Shown: positions 1 through 7,980 of the stretch, piece after piece
Layout of the letters: every line of letters starts with the position of its first letter
How positions within the stretch are numbered: position 1 is the first letter of the stretch
Virus record (IMG/VR): IMGVR_UViG_3300028584_000098
Location: 1-64,000 of that record
Origin: a virus
Direction: 5' to 3' (one strand)
Length of the DNA: 64,000 nt
Program-made: the position numbers and the translations under genes
The notes under the pieces: generated by a model
The model's input: the letters and a program-made list of their open reading frames with translations, nothing else
Databases searched by the model: none
Told to the model about the DNA's origin: nothing

Positions 1-146
1 CCGACTGGATTAATGTTCACGGCCATCTACACTACGGGCGCGTTCTTCTTCCTAATAAGCAGGTTGACAAACGTTATGTCTGCGTCAGCGTAGAAATGAC
101 AGACTATAAACCCGTTACACTAGAATGGATCCGAGCTCAAATTTAA
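1..146 (+). CDS. C-terminal fragment of a calcineurin-like metallophosphoesterase (5' end outside window)
   Basis: Frame 3 is open from the window edge to TAA 144-146. The translation DWINVHGHLHYGRVLLPNK... carries the GH-x-H block typical of the last metallophosphatase motif. Confidence 0.45.
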   Translation, partial: DWINVHGHLHYGRVLLPNKQVDKRYVCVSVEMTDYKPVTLEWIRAQI

Positions 147-149
147 TTC

Positions 150-178
150 TTGACAATAGCCTCTATGCATGCTAGTAT
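150..178 (+). promoter_or_regulatory. sigma70-type promoter
   Basis: TTGACA 150-155, 17-bp spacer, TAGTAT 173-178. An 11-bp inverted repeat AATAGCCTCTA/TAGAGGCTATT (155-165 / 178-188) straddles the spacer and -10. Confidence 0.7.
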
Positions 179-195
179 AGAGGCTATTAGGAGAT

Positions 196-726
196 CTGGA
201 CATTAATATTTTCATTCTTGACGATGACCTTGATAAATCAGCGGAGTATCATGTCGATAAGCATATCGTCAAGATGCCCCTAGAGGCGGCGCAAATGTTG
301 TGTGCCAACTACTGGATTATATCCACAATAGGCCCTACTCCGCGTAAAATTACGCCAGTAGAGCTAGCAATTATTAAAGCCCGGCTAAGTCCCGACTTCT
401 ACGGTATCTCGCACTATAACCACCCCTGCACGGTATGGGCGCGTTCTAGTCAACAAGCTCACGAGTACCTAATGTGCTATGCGTATGCTCTTAACGATGA
501 ATACGGTTATCGCTACGGTAAATCGCACAAGTCTATCGCAGTTATTAATAGGCTTCCCGAACTTCAATATACCGGACTTTATACTCCGCCCGCACAAGCT
601 ATGCCTGACGAGTACAAGCGCGATGATGCCGTAGCCGCTTATCATGCTTATTATCAAGGCGCAAAATCACATATAGCCTCCTGGAAATTTAGAGAAAGAC
701 CTCCGTGGTATGAAATTATTTCGTAA
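196..726 (+). CDS. conserved phage protein of unknown function (DKHIVKM ... NHPC-x2-W motifs); start codon unresolved
   Basis: The track ORF is 274-726, but the frame stays open back to 181. The upstream in-frame peptide LDINIFILDDDLDKSAEYHVDKHIVK looks like a genuine N-terminus. There is no ATG/GTG/TTG there (CTG 196 or ATT 202 are possible). AGGAG lies at 189-193. Confidence 0.55.
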   Translation: MDINIFILDDDLDKSAEYHVDKHIVKMPLEAAQMLCANYWIISTIGPTPRKITPVELAIIKARLSPDFYGISHYNHPCTVWARSSQQAHEYLMCYAYALNDEYGYRYGKSHKSIAVINRLPELQYTGLYTPPAQAMPDEYKRDDAVAAYHAYYQGAKSHIASWKFRERPPWYEIIS

Positions 727-733
727 GCCTGTA

Positions 734-847
734 ATGATGGAAGATGAGGGAAGACATTTCTATATAGGGGAGTTCACACAAGAAGAGCTAGATAAGTTCT
801 TCGAGGAACTAACGTATTTCAATAGAGGAGACTTTTATGTCGTCTAA
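734..847 (+). CDS. small acidic hypothetical protein (37 aa)
   Basis: ATG 734 to TAA 845-847 (MMEDEGRHFYIGEFTQEELDKFFEELTYFNRGDFYVV). It fills the only gap between neighbouring genes and overlaps the next ATG. It is below the track's size cutoff. Confidence 0.3.
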   Translation: MMEDEGRHFYIGEFTQEELDKFFEELTYFNRGDFYVV

Positions 848-1148
848 GCTAACTCCTACTGAGCTAGAGTTCGTTAATAGAATTACTACATCACTATTAA
901 ACTCCCGTACATGTACATTTAATAGTGATGGTGTTACTCTATCCAACAAGATGTGTTCTATTGATAAATCCCGCGTACTAACTAAAGACCTCTACACCTA
1001 TTATTTAAAAGGTACTGAGTTTAAAACTTATTATGAGGACTCTGACGTATATTATATGTTTCAACAAGGCCTAGCAGGCCGCTGTTCTGATGAAAGAAAA
1101 GCCAAAGAGGCTGAATTAAGGAAAGCACTAGATGCAAACGCTAGCTGA
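837..1148 (+). CDS. hypothetical protein
   Basis: Track ORF. AGGAG lies 7 nt upstream of ATG 837. Confidence 0.7.
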   Translation: MSSKLTPTELEFVNRITTSLLNSRTCTFNSDGVTLSNKMCSIDKSRVLTKDLYTYYLKGTEFKTYYEDSDVYYMFQQGLAGRCSDERKAKEAELRKALDANAS

Positions 1149-1368
1149 AGTAATGGGCCTGCCTGGGTGGTCGGACTATGATCTACCACGTATGACCCCT
1201 GAACGCATGACCGAGCTACTAGATATTATCGGGGACGGTAATGTTGGGTGGGTTACTCTTGCGCAGTATACCGAGCAGGACGGAAGTATCTCTCGGCGTG
1301 GGCATATTCTAATTTCTCCGGCTGGAATGGATAATATCCGTGAGTATAAGAAGATGCACATTCTATGA
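1132..1368 (+). CDS. hypothetical protein
   Basis: Track ORF with a short overlap onto its neighbours, consistent with a tightly packed operon. Confidence 0.65.
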   Translation: MQTLAEVMGLPGWSDYDLPRMTPERMTELLDIIGDGNVGWVTLAQYTEQDGSISRRGHILISPAGMDNIREYKKMHIL

Positions 1369-1544
1369 CACGGCAAGAAGCTCAAATATCTACATTTCAA
1401 AAACTGTATGGTAAAAAAGCAGACTATGCAATTTATGACGGACTAGACCTTAAAATAACTAAGCTATATGGATTCTTCCCACCACTATATACAGGAGTTA
1501 TTATAAATGAGAGTAATAACGCCGAGACAGATAGTAGAGAGTGA
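1365..1544 (+). CDS. small hypothetical protein (59 aa)
   Basis: ATG 1365 overlaps the previous stop (ATGA); the stop is TGA 1542-1544. It fills an otherwise empty 140-nt gap and overlaps the next gene by 38 nt. Confidence 0.3.
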   Translation: MTRQEAQISTFQKLYGKKADYAIYDGLDLKITKLYGFFPPLYTGVIINESNNAETDSRE

Positions 1545-1839
1545 GTTTGACGGACTTATTCGCCTAGTAAATAACATCTTTGTTGTTAATAAAAATAAAG
1601 ATAATTATATTAAGCTAGGTATGCGTCTTTCAGAATTTATGGGAATTATGGAAGGACATGGCGAATACGTGAAAGAGCGCCTTGCGGGCTGTAAAACTCT
1701 ATGTGCAGATATGACCGAAGTCGTCATTGACCCTAAAGAGATCGAAACTATTATTCGAGATAGTTTCTACACGGGCCCAATTTCAGGCTCTACAGAAAGA
1801 CTAACCAAGGCTCTAGTAGAATATATGGAGAAACTATGA
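1507..1839 (+). CDS. hypothetical protein
   Basis: Track ORF. AGGAG at 1493-1497 lies 9 nt upstream of the ATG. Confidence 0.7.
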   Translation: MRVITPRQIVESEFDGLIRLVNNIFVVNKNKDNYIKLGMRLSEFMGIMEGHGEYVKERLAGCKTLCADMTEVVIDPKEIETIIRDSFYTGPISGSTERLTKALVEYMEKL

Positions 1840-2297
1840 AAATTAAGGAACATGCACAATTCCTAGCACTAAAGAGTCAGATTGAGCCTGAACGCGGGCT
1901 AGTGCAAGTTCCTGGCGGCTACGGTGAAACCAACTTACGCTCAACTGAAGTACGTTGGGTTCACCGAGCCGAGTTTCCTCATGTGTTCAACATTATGCAA
2001 GAATATGGCCGCCAAGCCCAGGAAAGTCTAGGGATCACAAAGGTTCTTATGATCAAAGATAGTATTCAGATCTCTACGTATTACCCTGGAGACTTCTATG
2101 GCTGGCACAAAGATGGACGTGAAATGTCATGTTCTCTACTTCTTTCAAATAAATTTACTGGTGGAAGGTTAGAGTTCCGCGATCGCGGTCCATTGTTACG
2201 TGATGTTGGCCAAGCCATATTCTTTCCTAATATTGAACATCGGGTAAAGCCCGTTCGCAGCGGAGTGCGTGACTCCATGGTAGTGTGGTGGCGATGA
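1836..2297 (+). CDS. 2OG-Fe(II) oxygenase (prolyl-4-hydroxylase-like)
   Basis: H-x-D (GWHKDG), a distal His (NIEHRV) and an R-x-S block (GVRDSMVVWW) occur in the expected order. ATGA start/stop coupling. Confidence 0.7.
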   Translation: MKIKEHAQFLALKSQIEPERGLVQVPGGYGETNLRSTEVRWVHRAEFPHVFNIMQEYGRQAQESLGITKVLMIKDSIQISTYYPGDFYGWHKDGREMSCSLLLSNKFTGGRLEFRDRGPLLRDVGQAIFFPNIEHRVKPVRSGVRDSMVVWWR

Positions 2298-2497
2298 CTA
2301 GAGACCAAATTGTGGCACTGTTAGATGAAGCAGTTAAGCTGCATAATGAAACAATGAGATATTATGAAGGGCACGACTACTTAGGCGAATTAGAGTTCTA
2401 TATTCCCAAATTCAGTGCTGAGGGCGAGTATAGGGGACTTGGGCGTGGAATTGAGCTCGATTGGAGCGCTATTGGATTGGGACCTGCACTAGTATGA
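2285..2497 (+). CDS. hypothetical protein
   Basis: Track ORF that overlaps the upstream stop. Confidence 0.6.
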   Translation: MVAMTRDQIVALLDEAVKLHNETMRYYEGHDYLGELEFYIPKFSAEGEYRGLGRGIELDWSAIGLGPALV

Positions 2498-2688
2498 TTA
2501 TTATAAGTGGAATTACGTTCTATTTGGCAGTAGGCTTTTTTCTATCCTTCATCCATACGTACGCTATGACAAAAGAAGATACTCTAGCAGAGTTTCTAGG
2601 GATGATGCTAGTTTGGCTTCCAGTTTGGGTTATTAAAGCCTCTTTCGGCTCAGTGCGACTTCTAGTAAGGGCGGTATCAGGTGACTGA
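2494..2688 (+). CDS. small membrane protein
   Basis: ATG 2494 overlaps the previous stop (ATGA). It is in frame with track ORF 2461-2688. There are two hydrophobic segments (IIISGITFYLAVGFFLSFI, MMLVWLPVWVI). Confidence 0.6.
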   Translation: MIIISGITFYLAVGFFLSFIHTYAMTKEDTLAEFLGMMLVWLPVWVIKASFGSVRLLVRAVSGD

Positions 2689-3091
2689 GTATATTCCAGG
2701 AGTTACCCCCACTAAAGGTGGCTTTACGACTTTTAAACCTGAGGTTATTTGTAGTCAACCTACCCCAACCCCTTTTATTCCTGCAGGACTAAAATATGAT
2801 GGCGAAAAGCCCCGAATGGAGCTTTTACCTCCTAGAGCTCTTAAGGAAACTGCACGAGTTCTAGCGTTTGGTGCTAAGAAATATGCCCCAGATAACTGGA
2901 AAAAGCTCGATAATCTTCATAAGCGATATATTGGTGCGGCTCTTCGTCATATTAATGATGATAACATCGCACCCGGACATATTGACGAAGAAAGTGGCCT
3001 AGATGGCATTGCACATGCTATTTGTTGTCTAATGTTCATTCTAGAGAAGCGGCTAGAAGATGCTGAAAAGCCTCTTGACTCTGCAGCTTAA
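2681..3091 (+). CDS. all-alpha dNTP pyrophosphohydrolase-like protein (DUF5664 / dATP-dGTP diphosphohydrolase type)
   Basis: GTG start. The motif string KYDGEKPRMELLPPRALKETARVLAFGAKKY...NW...RH...DEESG..H matches my recollection of this phage family. Confidence 0.55.
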   Translation: MTEYIPGVTPTKGGFTTFKPEVICSQPTPTPFIPAGLKYDGEKPRMELLPPRALKETARVLAFGAKKYAPDNWKKLDNLHKRYIGAALRHINDDNIAPGHIDEESGLDGIAHAICCLMFILEKRLEDAEKPLDSAA

Positions 3092-3123
3092 AAGACTTAA
3101 ACTGTTTAAATAAGGAGATAGAT

Positions 3124-3477
3124 ATGGACTTTAGTTTTCTAAACAAAGTTATAGAGCTATATAAGCCTTCATTCGAGGCCTACATTAAGGACAAGTCCGT
3201 ACCTATTGAAGATCGTTGGGCTAGCTTTCTAACGGCTCCATACTCTATAAAAGAGCATGAATGCTACGGTACAGATCTTTTACTAGACGGTAAAGACATT
3301 AACTGGTACGATGATTTTGGAGTAGAACGTTACCAAACAGTTACTGCGGATCTTATCCTCGATTGGCTGTATGGTCGCGAAGATGATGATGGAGCCGTTA
3401 TTTCTGATACAGTTATTAATGACATGAAGGAGCAGATCCTTCAGAAAAACCTAGGGGGCTTTGAGTACGACCGGTGA
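3124..3477 (+). CDS. hypothetical protein
   Basis: Track ORF with AAGGAGA upstream of the ATG. Confidence 0.7.
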   Translation: MDFSFLNKVIELYKPSFEAYIKDKSVPIEDRWASFLTAPYSIKEHECYGTDLLLDGKDINWYDDFGVERYQTVTADLILDWLYGREDDDGAVISDTVINDMKEQILQKNLGGFEYDR

Positions 3478-4178
3478 AAAAAGGTATCAAAACTAAAGAC
3501 CACGAAAAGCTCACTCATACTAATATTGAATATGTTATCAAGCTTCTAGAGGATAAGCAGCCTATTACTAAGAAAGCTGCTTGTGAAATTCTTAATATCT
3601 CATACAATACTACCCGACTAGGTAAGATTATTGATGAGTACAAAGAAAATAAAGCTTACGAAGCCTCTCGTCGTGAAAAGAACCGTGGTAAGCCCGCTGA
3701 GTCTCACGAAATTAATACAGTTATTGAGCTTTACCTACTAGGTGAGCCAGTAAGTGATATTTCTAAAAGGCTTTATCGCTCACCGCAGTTTGTTTCGGCT
3801 ATCATTGAACGCATCGGCGTGCCAATCCGTCCCACAGGGGACGACTGGCATCGTAAGGCGCAGCTGCCCGAACAGTGCCTTTCGGATACTTTTACAATCG
3901 GACAGATTGTTTGGTCCGCTAAGTATCATGCGTCTGCGAAAATTCTAGCAGTTTATGATGAAGCCTACTACCGAACACATCCTGGTATGAGCCGCGTCGA
4001 CTACGAAGTAGTTAATGGGTGCCCCTGCTACAAGATTCACGTTAAAGAGAAGCTTGAAGATGTTCCAGGTAGGTTTGCAACTGTTCAGACCGGGGGCTTT
4101 TTTGCGTCGCAACTAGCGTACGATCTTGGCTCACTAGAACATCTAAAACAATACGGAGTGGAGCTAGAAAAACTATGA
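3474..4178 (+). CDS. hypothetical protein with probable N-terminal HTH
   Basis: GTGA start/stop overlap. The segment ITKKAACEILNISYNTTRLGKIIDEY looks like a helix-turn-helix. Confidence 0.6.
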   Translation: MKKGIKTKDHEKLTHTNIEYVIKLLEDKQPITKKAACEILNISYNTTRLGKIIDEYKENKAYEASRREKNRGKPAESHEINTVIELYLLGEPVSDISKRLYRSPQFVSAIIERIGVPIRPTGDDWHRKAQLPEQCLSDTFTIGQIVWSAKYHASAKILAVYDEAYYRTHPGMSRVDYEVVNGCPCYKIHVKEKLEDVPGRFATVQTGGFFASQLAYDLGSLEHLKQYGVELEKL

Positions 4179-4507
4179 AACATTTTACACTAGAAGCAGC
4201 AATTGAATACTACCCAGATAACCCAGAGTGGCTCGCAGAGTGGCTCGCAAACCTAGCAGATACTCTAGGGTACGCGGAAAGTCACGTTAACGTTGTTTAT
4301 CATAATGATAACATGACGGGGGCCGCTCTAATGATAGAGGGCTATATCGTTGTCACCCTAGTTGATGGGTATCTACTAAATCTTCACGTGGCAACTAATG
4401 AAGTAATTAATCGACAAGCTCTGTATAACGAGCTAGAATACCTCAATCCAGCTAGTATCACTACTAAGTTTCTGGACTATTCCTACGCAAGAACAACAGT
4501 TATGTAA
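4175..4507 (+). CDS. hypothetical protein
   Basis: Track ORF with ATGA coupling. Confidence 0.65.
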   Translation: MKHFTLEAAIEYYPDNPEWLAEWLANLADTLGYAESHVNVVYHNDNMTGAALMIEGYIVVTLVDGYLLNLHVATNEVINRQALYNELEYLNPASITTKFLDYSYARTTVM

Positions 4508-4516
4508 GGAGCTTAC

Positions 4517-5521
4517 ATGTACGACCTACTACTATATATTGGACGGTTTCAGCCGTTCCACAATGCCCATCTAGAGACTGTTATGCGAGCCTCGAAAATG
4601 GCTCATAAGGTACTTATTATTGCAGGGTCAGCGTATCAGCCCCGTACCTACAAGAATCCATGGACTACAAGAGAGCGAGTTTTAACAATTGAGAATGCTT
4701 GCGCAGATGCTAGACTAGCGAACGTAACTGTAGTCGCTAACCGCGACTCCATGTACAACGATCAAGCATGGATTCAACGCGTTCAGAAACTTTCAGCATA
4801 CCATGGTACCGGTAAAATTGGTATCATCGGGCATAAAAAGGACGACAGCTCTAGCTACTTAGATATGTTTCCTCAGTGGGACTACGTTCCCGTCGAACTA
4901 ATCGAGCCACTAGATGCTACTAAGGTACGTGAGCTGTACTTTAACGAGCGTTGCAACATGAACTTTATTAAGCATGTAGTACCTCGCTCCGTATACGTAG
5001 CGCTAGAACATTGGCAGTCTAATCCTAGCTACGCTCAGGTTATTGCCGAACGACGCGCTAATGAGGCTTATAAAGCCCAGTTTTCTACGTTGCCTTACCC
5101 GCCTATCTTTGTTACTGCGGACCCCGTAGTATTTTGTGCGGGGCACGTCCTTCTAGTAGAACGTGGTAAGATGCCAGGGAAGGGACTTCTAGCTTTGCCA
5201 GGTGGCTTCGTTAACGCTAACGATTCTAGTATAGAATCGGCTATGCTTCGCGAATTAAAGGAGGAGACTAATATTAAAGTCCCTGTTCCAGTTCTACGGG
5301 GTTGTATTAAATCAAAGCATGTATTTGATCACCCAGATCGTTCGGCTCGTGGTCGTACTATTACCCATGCTTTCAATATAGTGTTGAATGATACTGAAAT
5401 GCCTAAAATTAGGGCAGCAGACGATGCTGCTAGGGCTTTCTGGCTACCGTTTAACCAAATTAATTCGGAGTGGCTATTCGAGGACCACTACGATATTATC
5501 CAGTATTTCCTCGGACGTTGA
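4517..5521 (+). CDS. natV: bifunctional nicotinamide-mononucleotide adenylyltransferase / Nudix hydrolase (NadM-Nudix type)
   Basis: N-terminal GRFQPFHNAH nucleotidyltransferase motif. C-terminal Nudix box GGFVNANDSSIESAMLRELKEETNI. AAGGAG RBS. Confidence 0.85.
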   Translation: MYDLLLYIGRFQPFHNAHLETVMRASKMAHKVLIIAGSAYQPRTYKNPWTTRERVLTIENACADARLANVTVVANRDSMYNDQAWIQRVQKLSAYHGTGKIGIIGHKKDDSSSYLDMFPQWDYVPVELIEPLDATKVRELYFNERCNMNFIKHVVPRSVYVALEHWQSNPSYAQVIAERRANEAYKAQFSTLPYPPIFVTADPVVFCAGHVLLVERGKMPGKGLLALPGGFVNANDSSIESAMLRELKEETNIKVPVPVLRGCIKSKHVFDHPDRSARGRTITHAFNIVLNDTEMPKIRAADDAARAFWLPFNQINSEWLFEDHYDIIQYFLGR

Positions 5522-5532
5522 AGGAGTTTCAC

Positions 5533-6891
5533 GTGAGCATTATTTTAAATACCGATAGCTACAAGTACAGCCAGTATAATCAGTATCCTCCGGGCACTAC
5601 AGCCGTTTATTCATACATTGAAAGCCGCGGCGGCCGATTTGATGAAACGGTCTTTTTTGGCCTGCAAATGTTTATCAAGCAGTATCTGCTAAAGCCTATT
5701 ACGGCTGCTGACATTGATGAGGCCGAAGAACTTATTACGGAACACGGGCTGCCGTTTTATCGTGAAGGGTGGGAGTACATCCTAAATGAATACGGTGGCT
5801 ATATGCCTGTCACTATTCGTTCGGTTCCAGAAGGTACTGTTGTACCTGTACATAATGTGCTACTAACTATCGAAAACACAGACAAGAACTGCTGGTGGGT
5901 TACTAGCTTTCTTGAGACGGCACTACTACGTGCTATTTGGTACCCAACTACTGTTGCTACTAATAGCCGCGAAACTAAGCGCATTATTCTAGAAGCTCTA
6001 GAAATTAGTGGTGATCCTAGTACTATTGGATTCAAGCTGCACGATTTCGGTTCGCGTGGTGTGTCTAGTAAAGAAAGTGCAGGTATTGGTGGTCTAGCAC
6101 ATATTGTTAACTTTCAAGGCACTGATACCATTGAGTCTTTAGTATACGCTAAGCGCTATTATAGCCATAAGGGCGCTGCTGCTTACAGTGTGCCAGCAAT
6201 GGAACACAGCACGGTCACTAGCTGGGGTCGTGCACGAGAGTCTGATGCCTACCGTAATATGATTAACACCTATGGCGCTCCTGGGGGTATTGTTTCTATC
6301 GTTAGCGATAGTTATAATATTTACGAGGCTTGTGCTATCTTTGGCACAACCCTTTATGCTAGCATCATTAATAGTGGTGCCAAGCTAGTTGTTCGTCCTG
6401 ATAGTGGCCACCCAGCAACTGTTGTACTAGAGTGCTTATATATTCTAGAGCAATTCTTTGGTTCTGAGCTTAACGCTAAGGGCTACCGAGTTCTAAATAA
6501 TGTAGGCGTTCTACAGGGCGATGGCATCAACATTGATAGTATTCACGAAATTCTAGATGCTATCATGGCCGAAGGTTTCTCCGCAGACAATATTGTATTC
6601 GGTCAAGGTGGCGCGCTTCTACAGATCGTTAACCGTGATGACCAGAAGTTTGCTATGAAATGTTCGGCTGCACTAGTAGACGGCACTTGGGTAGAAGTTT
6701 ACAAAGATCCTATTACGGATACTGGTAAGCGCTCTAAACGAGGTCGTGTTACTCTTTATTTTGATGAAGGCCGGGGCTTCTATAGTGGCGTCGAAGATTG
6801 GCAGAAAGATGCGCTAGTCACTAATTATGTTAATGGCAAGCACATCACGGACTATAATCTAGAGTCAGTAAGGGCTCTAGCGGCCCTTTAA
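5533..6891 (+). CDS. nadV: nicotinamide phosphoribosyltransferase (Nampt)
   Basis: GTG 5533 lies 6 nt after AAGGAG (5521-5526), in frame with track ORF 5470-6891. The N-terminus ILNTDSYKYSQ and internal HDFGSRG / GDG blocks are typical of Nampt. Confidence 0.85.
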   Translation: MSIILNTDSYKYSQYNQYPPGTTAVYSYIESRGGRFDETVFFGLQMFIKQYLLKPITAADIDEAEELITEHGLPFYREGWEYILNEYGGYMPVTIRSVPEGTVVPVHNVLLTIENTDKNCWWVTSFLETALLRAIWYPTTVATNSRETKRIILEALEISGDPSTIGFKLHDFGSRGVSSKESAGIGGLAHIVNFQGTDTIESLVYAKRYYSHKGAAAYSVPAMEHSTVTSWGRARESDAYRNMINTYGAPGGIVSIVSDSYNIYEACAIFGTTLYASIINSGAKLVVRPDSGHPATVVLECLYILEQFFGSELNAKGYRVLNNVGVLQGDGINIDSIHEILDAIMAEGFSADNIVFGQGGALLQIVNRDDQKFAMKCSAALVDGTWVEVYKDPITDTGKRSKRGRVTLYFDEGRGFYSGVEDWQKDALVTNYVNGKHITDYNLESVRALAAL

Positions 6892-6898
6892 ATAAGTC

Positions 6899-6927
6899 TT
6901 GACTTTGTTCCCTCTTTTTGATATTAT
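6899..6927 (+). promoter_or_regulatory. sigma70-type promoter (family copy)
   Basis: TTGACT 6899-6904, 17 bp, TATTAT 6922-6927. An imperfect palindrome TTCCCTCTTTTT (6908-6919) / AAAGAGAGGGAA (6932-6943) brackets the -10 and covers the RBS. Confidence 0.7.
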
Positions 6928-6948
6928 ATTCAAAGAGAGGGAATTAAG

Positions 6949-7179
6949 ATGAGGATTTATAAACAAGAGGTTCCTTTCGAAGGAGTTTCTACTATTCCTA
7001 AGTGCCTTTGTGTAGTAAAAGTAGCTATGCAGTATGGGCGTCCAACTGCCTGGTATATTCATGAAGACTTTGTTCAAAATAAAACTGTTGAATGGGTTTG
7101 GACAGGCCAAGAAACCAAGGGTCTCTACATTGATACACTATTCTATGATGAACTTGTTTGGCACCTCATTCAAAAATAG
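6949..7179 (+). CDS. hypothetical protein
   Basis: Track ORF with a GAGGGA RBS. Confidence 0.65.
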   Translation: MRIYKQEVPFEGVSTIPKCLCVVKVAMQYGRPTAWYIHEDFVQNKTVEWVWTGQETKGLYIDTLFYDELVWHLIQK

Positions 7180-7182
7180 TTC

Positions 7183-7211
7183 TTGACTTTAGCCGCCCAT
7201 TAAACTATACT
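7183..7211 (+). promoter_or_regulatory. sigma70-type promoter (consensus family AATAGTTCTTGACTTT)
   Basis: TTGACT 7183-7188, 17 bp, TATACT 7206-7211. It opens the tRNA island. Confidence 0.8.
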
Positions 7212-7287
7212 ATGTATTCAGTCGGCCAGAGTGCCACAAGCTGGTAAGCACACAGCAAACGGAGTGGAAATCTTCGACCAGTTTCAT

Positions 7288-7363
7288 GCCGGGTTAGCCC
7301 AAAGGTAGAGGCAGCAGACTTAAAATCTGTTCAGCATCGGTTCAACCCCGATACCCGGTACCA
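7288..7363 (+). tRNA. class I tRNA with anticodon UAA (Leu codon UUA), encoded CCA
   Basis: Manual fold gives 76 nt with canonical numbering. Acceptor GCCGGGT/ACCCGGT, anticodon arm GCAGA-CTTAAAA-TCTGT, 5-nt variable loop, T arm ATCGG-TTCAACC-CCGAT, A73. Confidence 0.75.
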
Positions 7364-7483
7364 ATTACTGGCCTTTAAGGTATGGCGAAGCTGGCGATAA
7401 GCCCCGGAGCAAGATTATGGATTAGGCCTACGGGACCGAGCCATACGTTCTAAACATAGCAGGCAATGCTGCCCAGTAACTAT

Positions 7484-7558
7484 GCCACGTTAGCTCAGCG
7501 GGAGAGCAACTCCTTTACACGGAGAAGGTCGTCTGTTCAATCCAGACACGTGGTACCA
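7484..7558 (+). tRNA. tRNA-Val (TAC)
   Basis: Acceptor GCCACGT/ACGTGGT, D arm TAGCTCAGCGGGAGAGC, loop TTTACAC, T arm GTCTG-TTCAATC-CAGAC, CCA encoded. Confidence 0.85.
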
Positions 7559-7563
7559 TTTAC

Positions 7564-7634
7564 GCTCGGTTATATCATTGGTAGAGACTTAGCTTTCGTT
7601 TAAGTTGTAAAAGGTTCGATTCCTTTACTGAGCT
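7564..7634 (+). tRNA. tRNA-like, possible tRNA-Glu (TTC); atypical D arm, no CCA
   Basis: Acceptor GCTCGGT/ACTGAGC and T arm AAAGG-TTCGATT-CCTTT are good. The anticodon arm CTTAG-CTTTCGT-TTAAG lacks position 26. Confidence 0.4.
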
Positions 7635-7659
7635 TCATTTTTCATCAACGGAGATTACT

Positions 7660-7806
7660 ATGTACGCCTCTTTCACTAATCGTGGCATTCATGTGTTCAC
7701 TAGTAATAACTTAGATCGCAAAGCATACGTAGGCGCTCGTAATTGGCGTCAGTGCCACAGCCCTGCCCGCGTTCCTACTATCCCTGTCCCTGATTTTGGA
7801 ATTTAA
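7660..7806 (+). CDS. small hypothetical protein (48 aa)
   Basis: GGAGA RBS, ATG 7660, TAA 7804-7806. Below the track cutoff. Confidence 0.45.
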   Translation: MYASFTNRGIHVFTSNNLDRKAYVGARNWRQCHSPARVPTIPVPDFGI

Positions 7807-7815
7807 GGAAACATA

Positions 7816-7980
7816 ATGTATACAAAGAATGAACTAATTTACGGGTTTAACACCTGGATGGATAATTACATTAATGATCCAGAGAGCTTTGAAGCCTCTT
7901 TTAAGTCCGTAGACGGACACAGGGACGAACGAAATTATGGACAAAAATGTGTTGACTATATGGCAAAACTCCTGGATTAA
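7816..7980 (+). CDS. small hypothetical protein (54 aa)
   Basis: AAGGAA RBS, ATG 7816, TAA 7978-7980. Below the track cutoff. Confidence 0.45.
   Translation: MYTKNELIYGFNTWMDNYINDPESFEASFKSVDGHRDERNYGQKCVDYMAKLLD

Noticed and set aside
2681-3091. A Z-base (2-aminoadenine) or other hypermodified-DNA pathway, suggested by the DUF5664-type dNTP pyrophosphohydrolase together with MazG, ThyX and a 2OG oxygenase.
   Set aside because: No PurZ/adenylosuccinate-synthetase-like gene, DatZ-like HD phosphohydrolase, glucosyltransferase or dNMP hydroxymethylase is visible in this window. The enzymes present are common house-cleaning and dTMP-supply functions.
5470-5532. N-terminal extensions given by the ORF track: 5470 for Nampt, 9280 for the PD-(D/E)XK gene, 10745, 11331, 16206, 26350 and 48351.
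   Set aside because: The extensions overlap the upstream gene, a tRNA or a promoter. In most cases an in-frame start with a proper SD or an ATGA overlap lies downstream.
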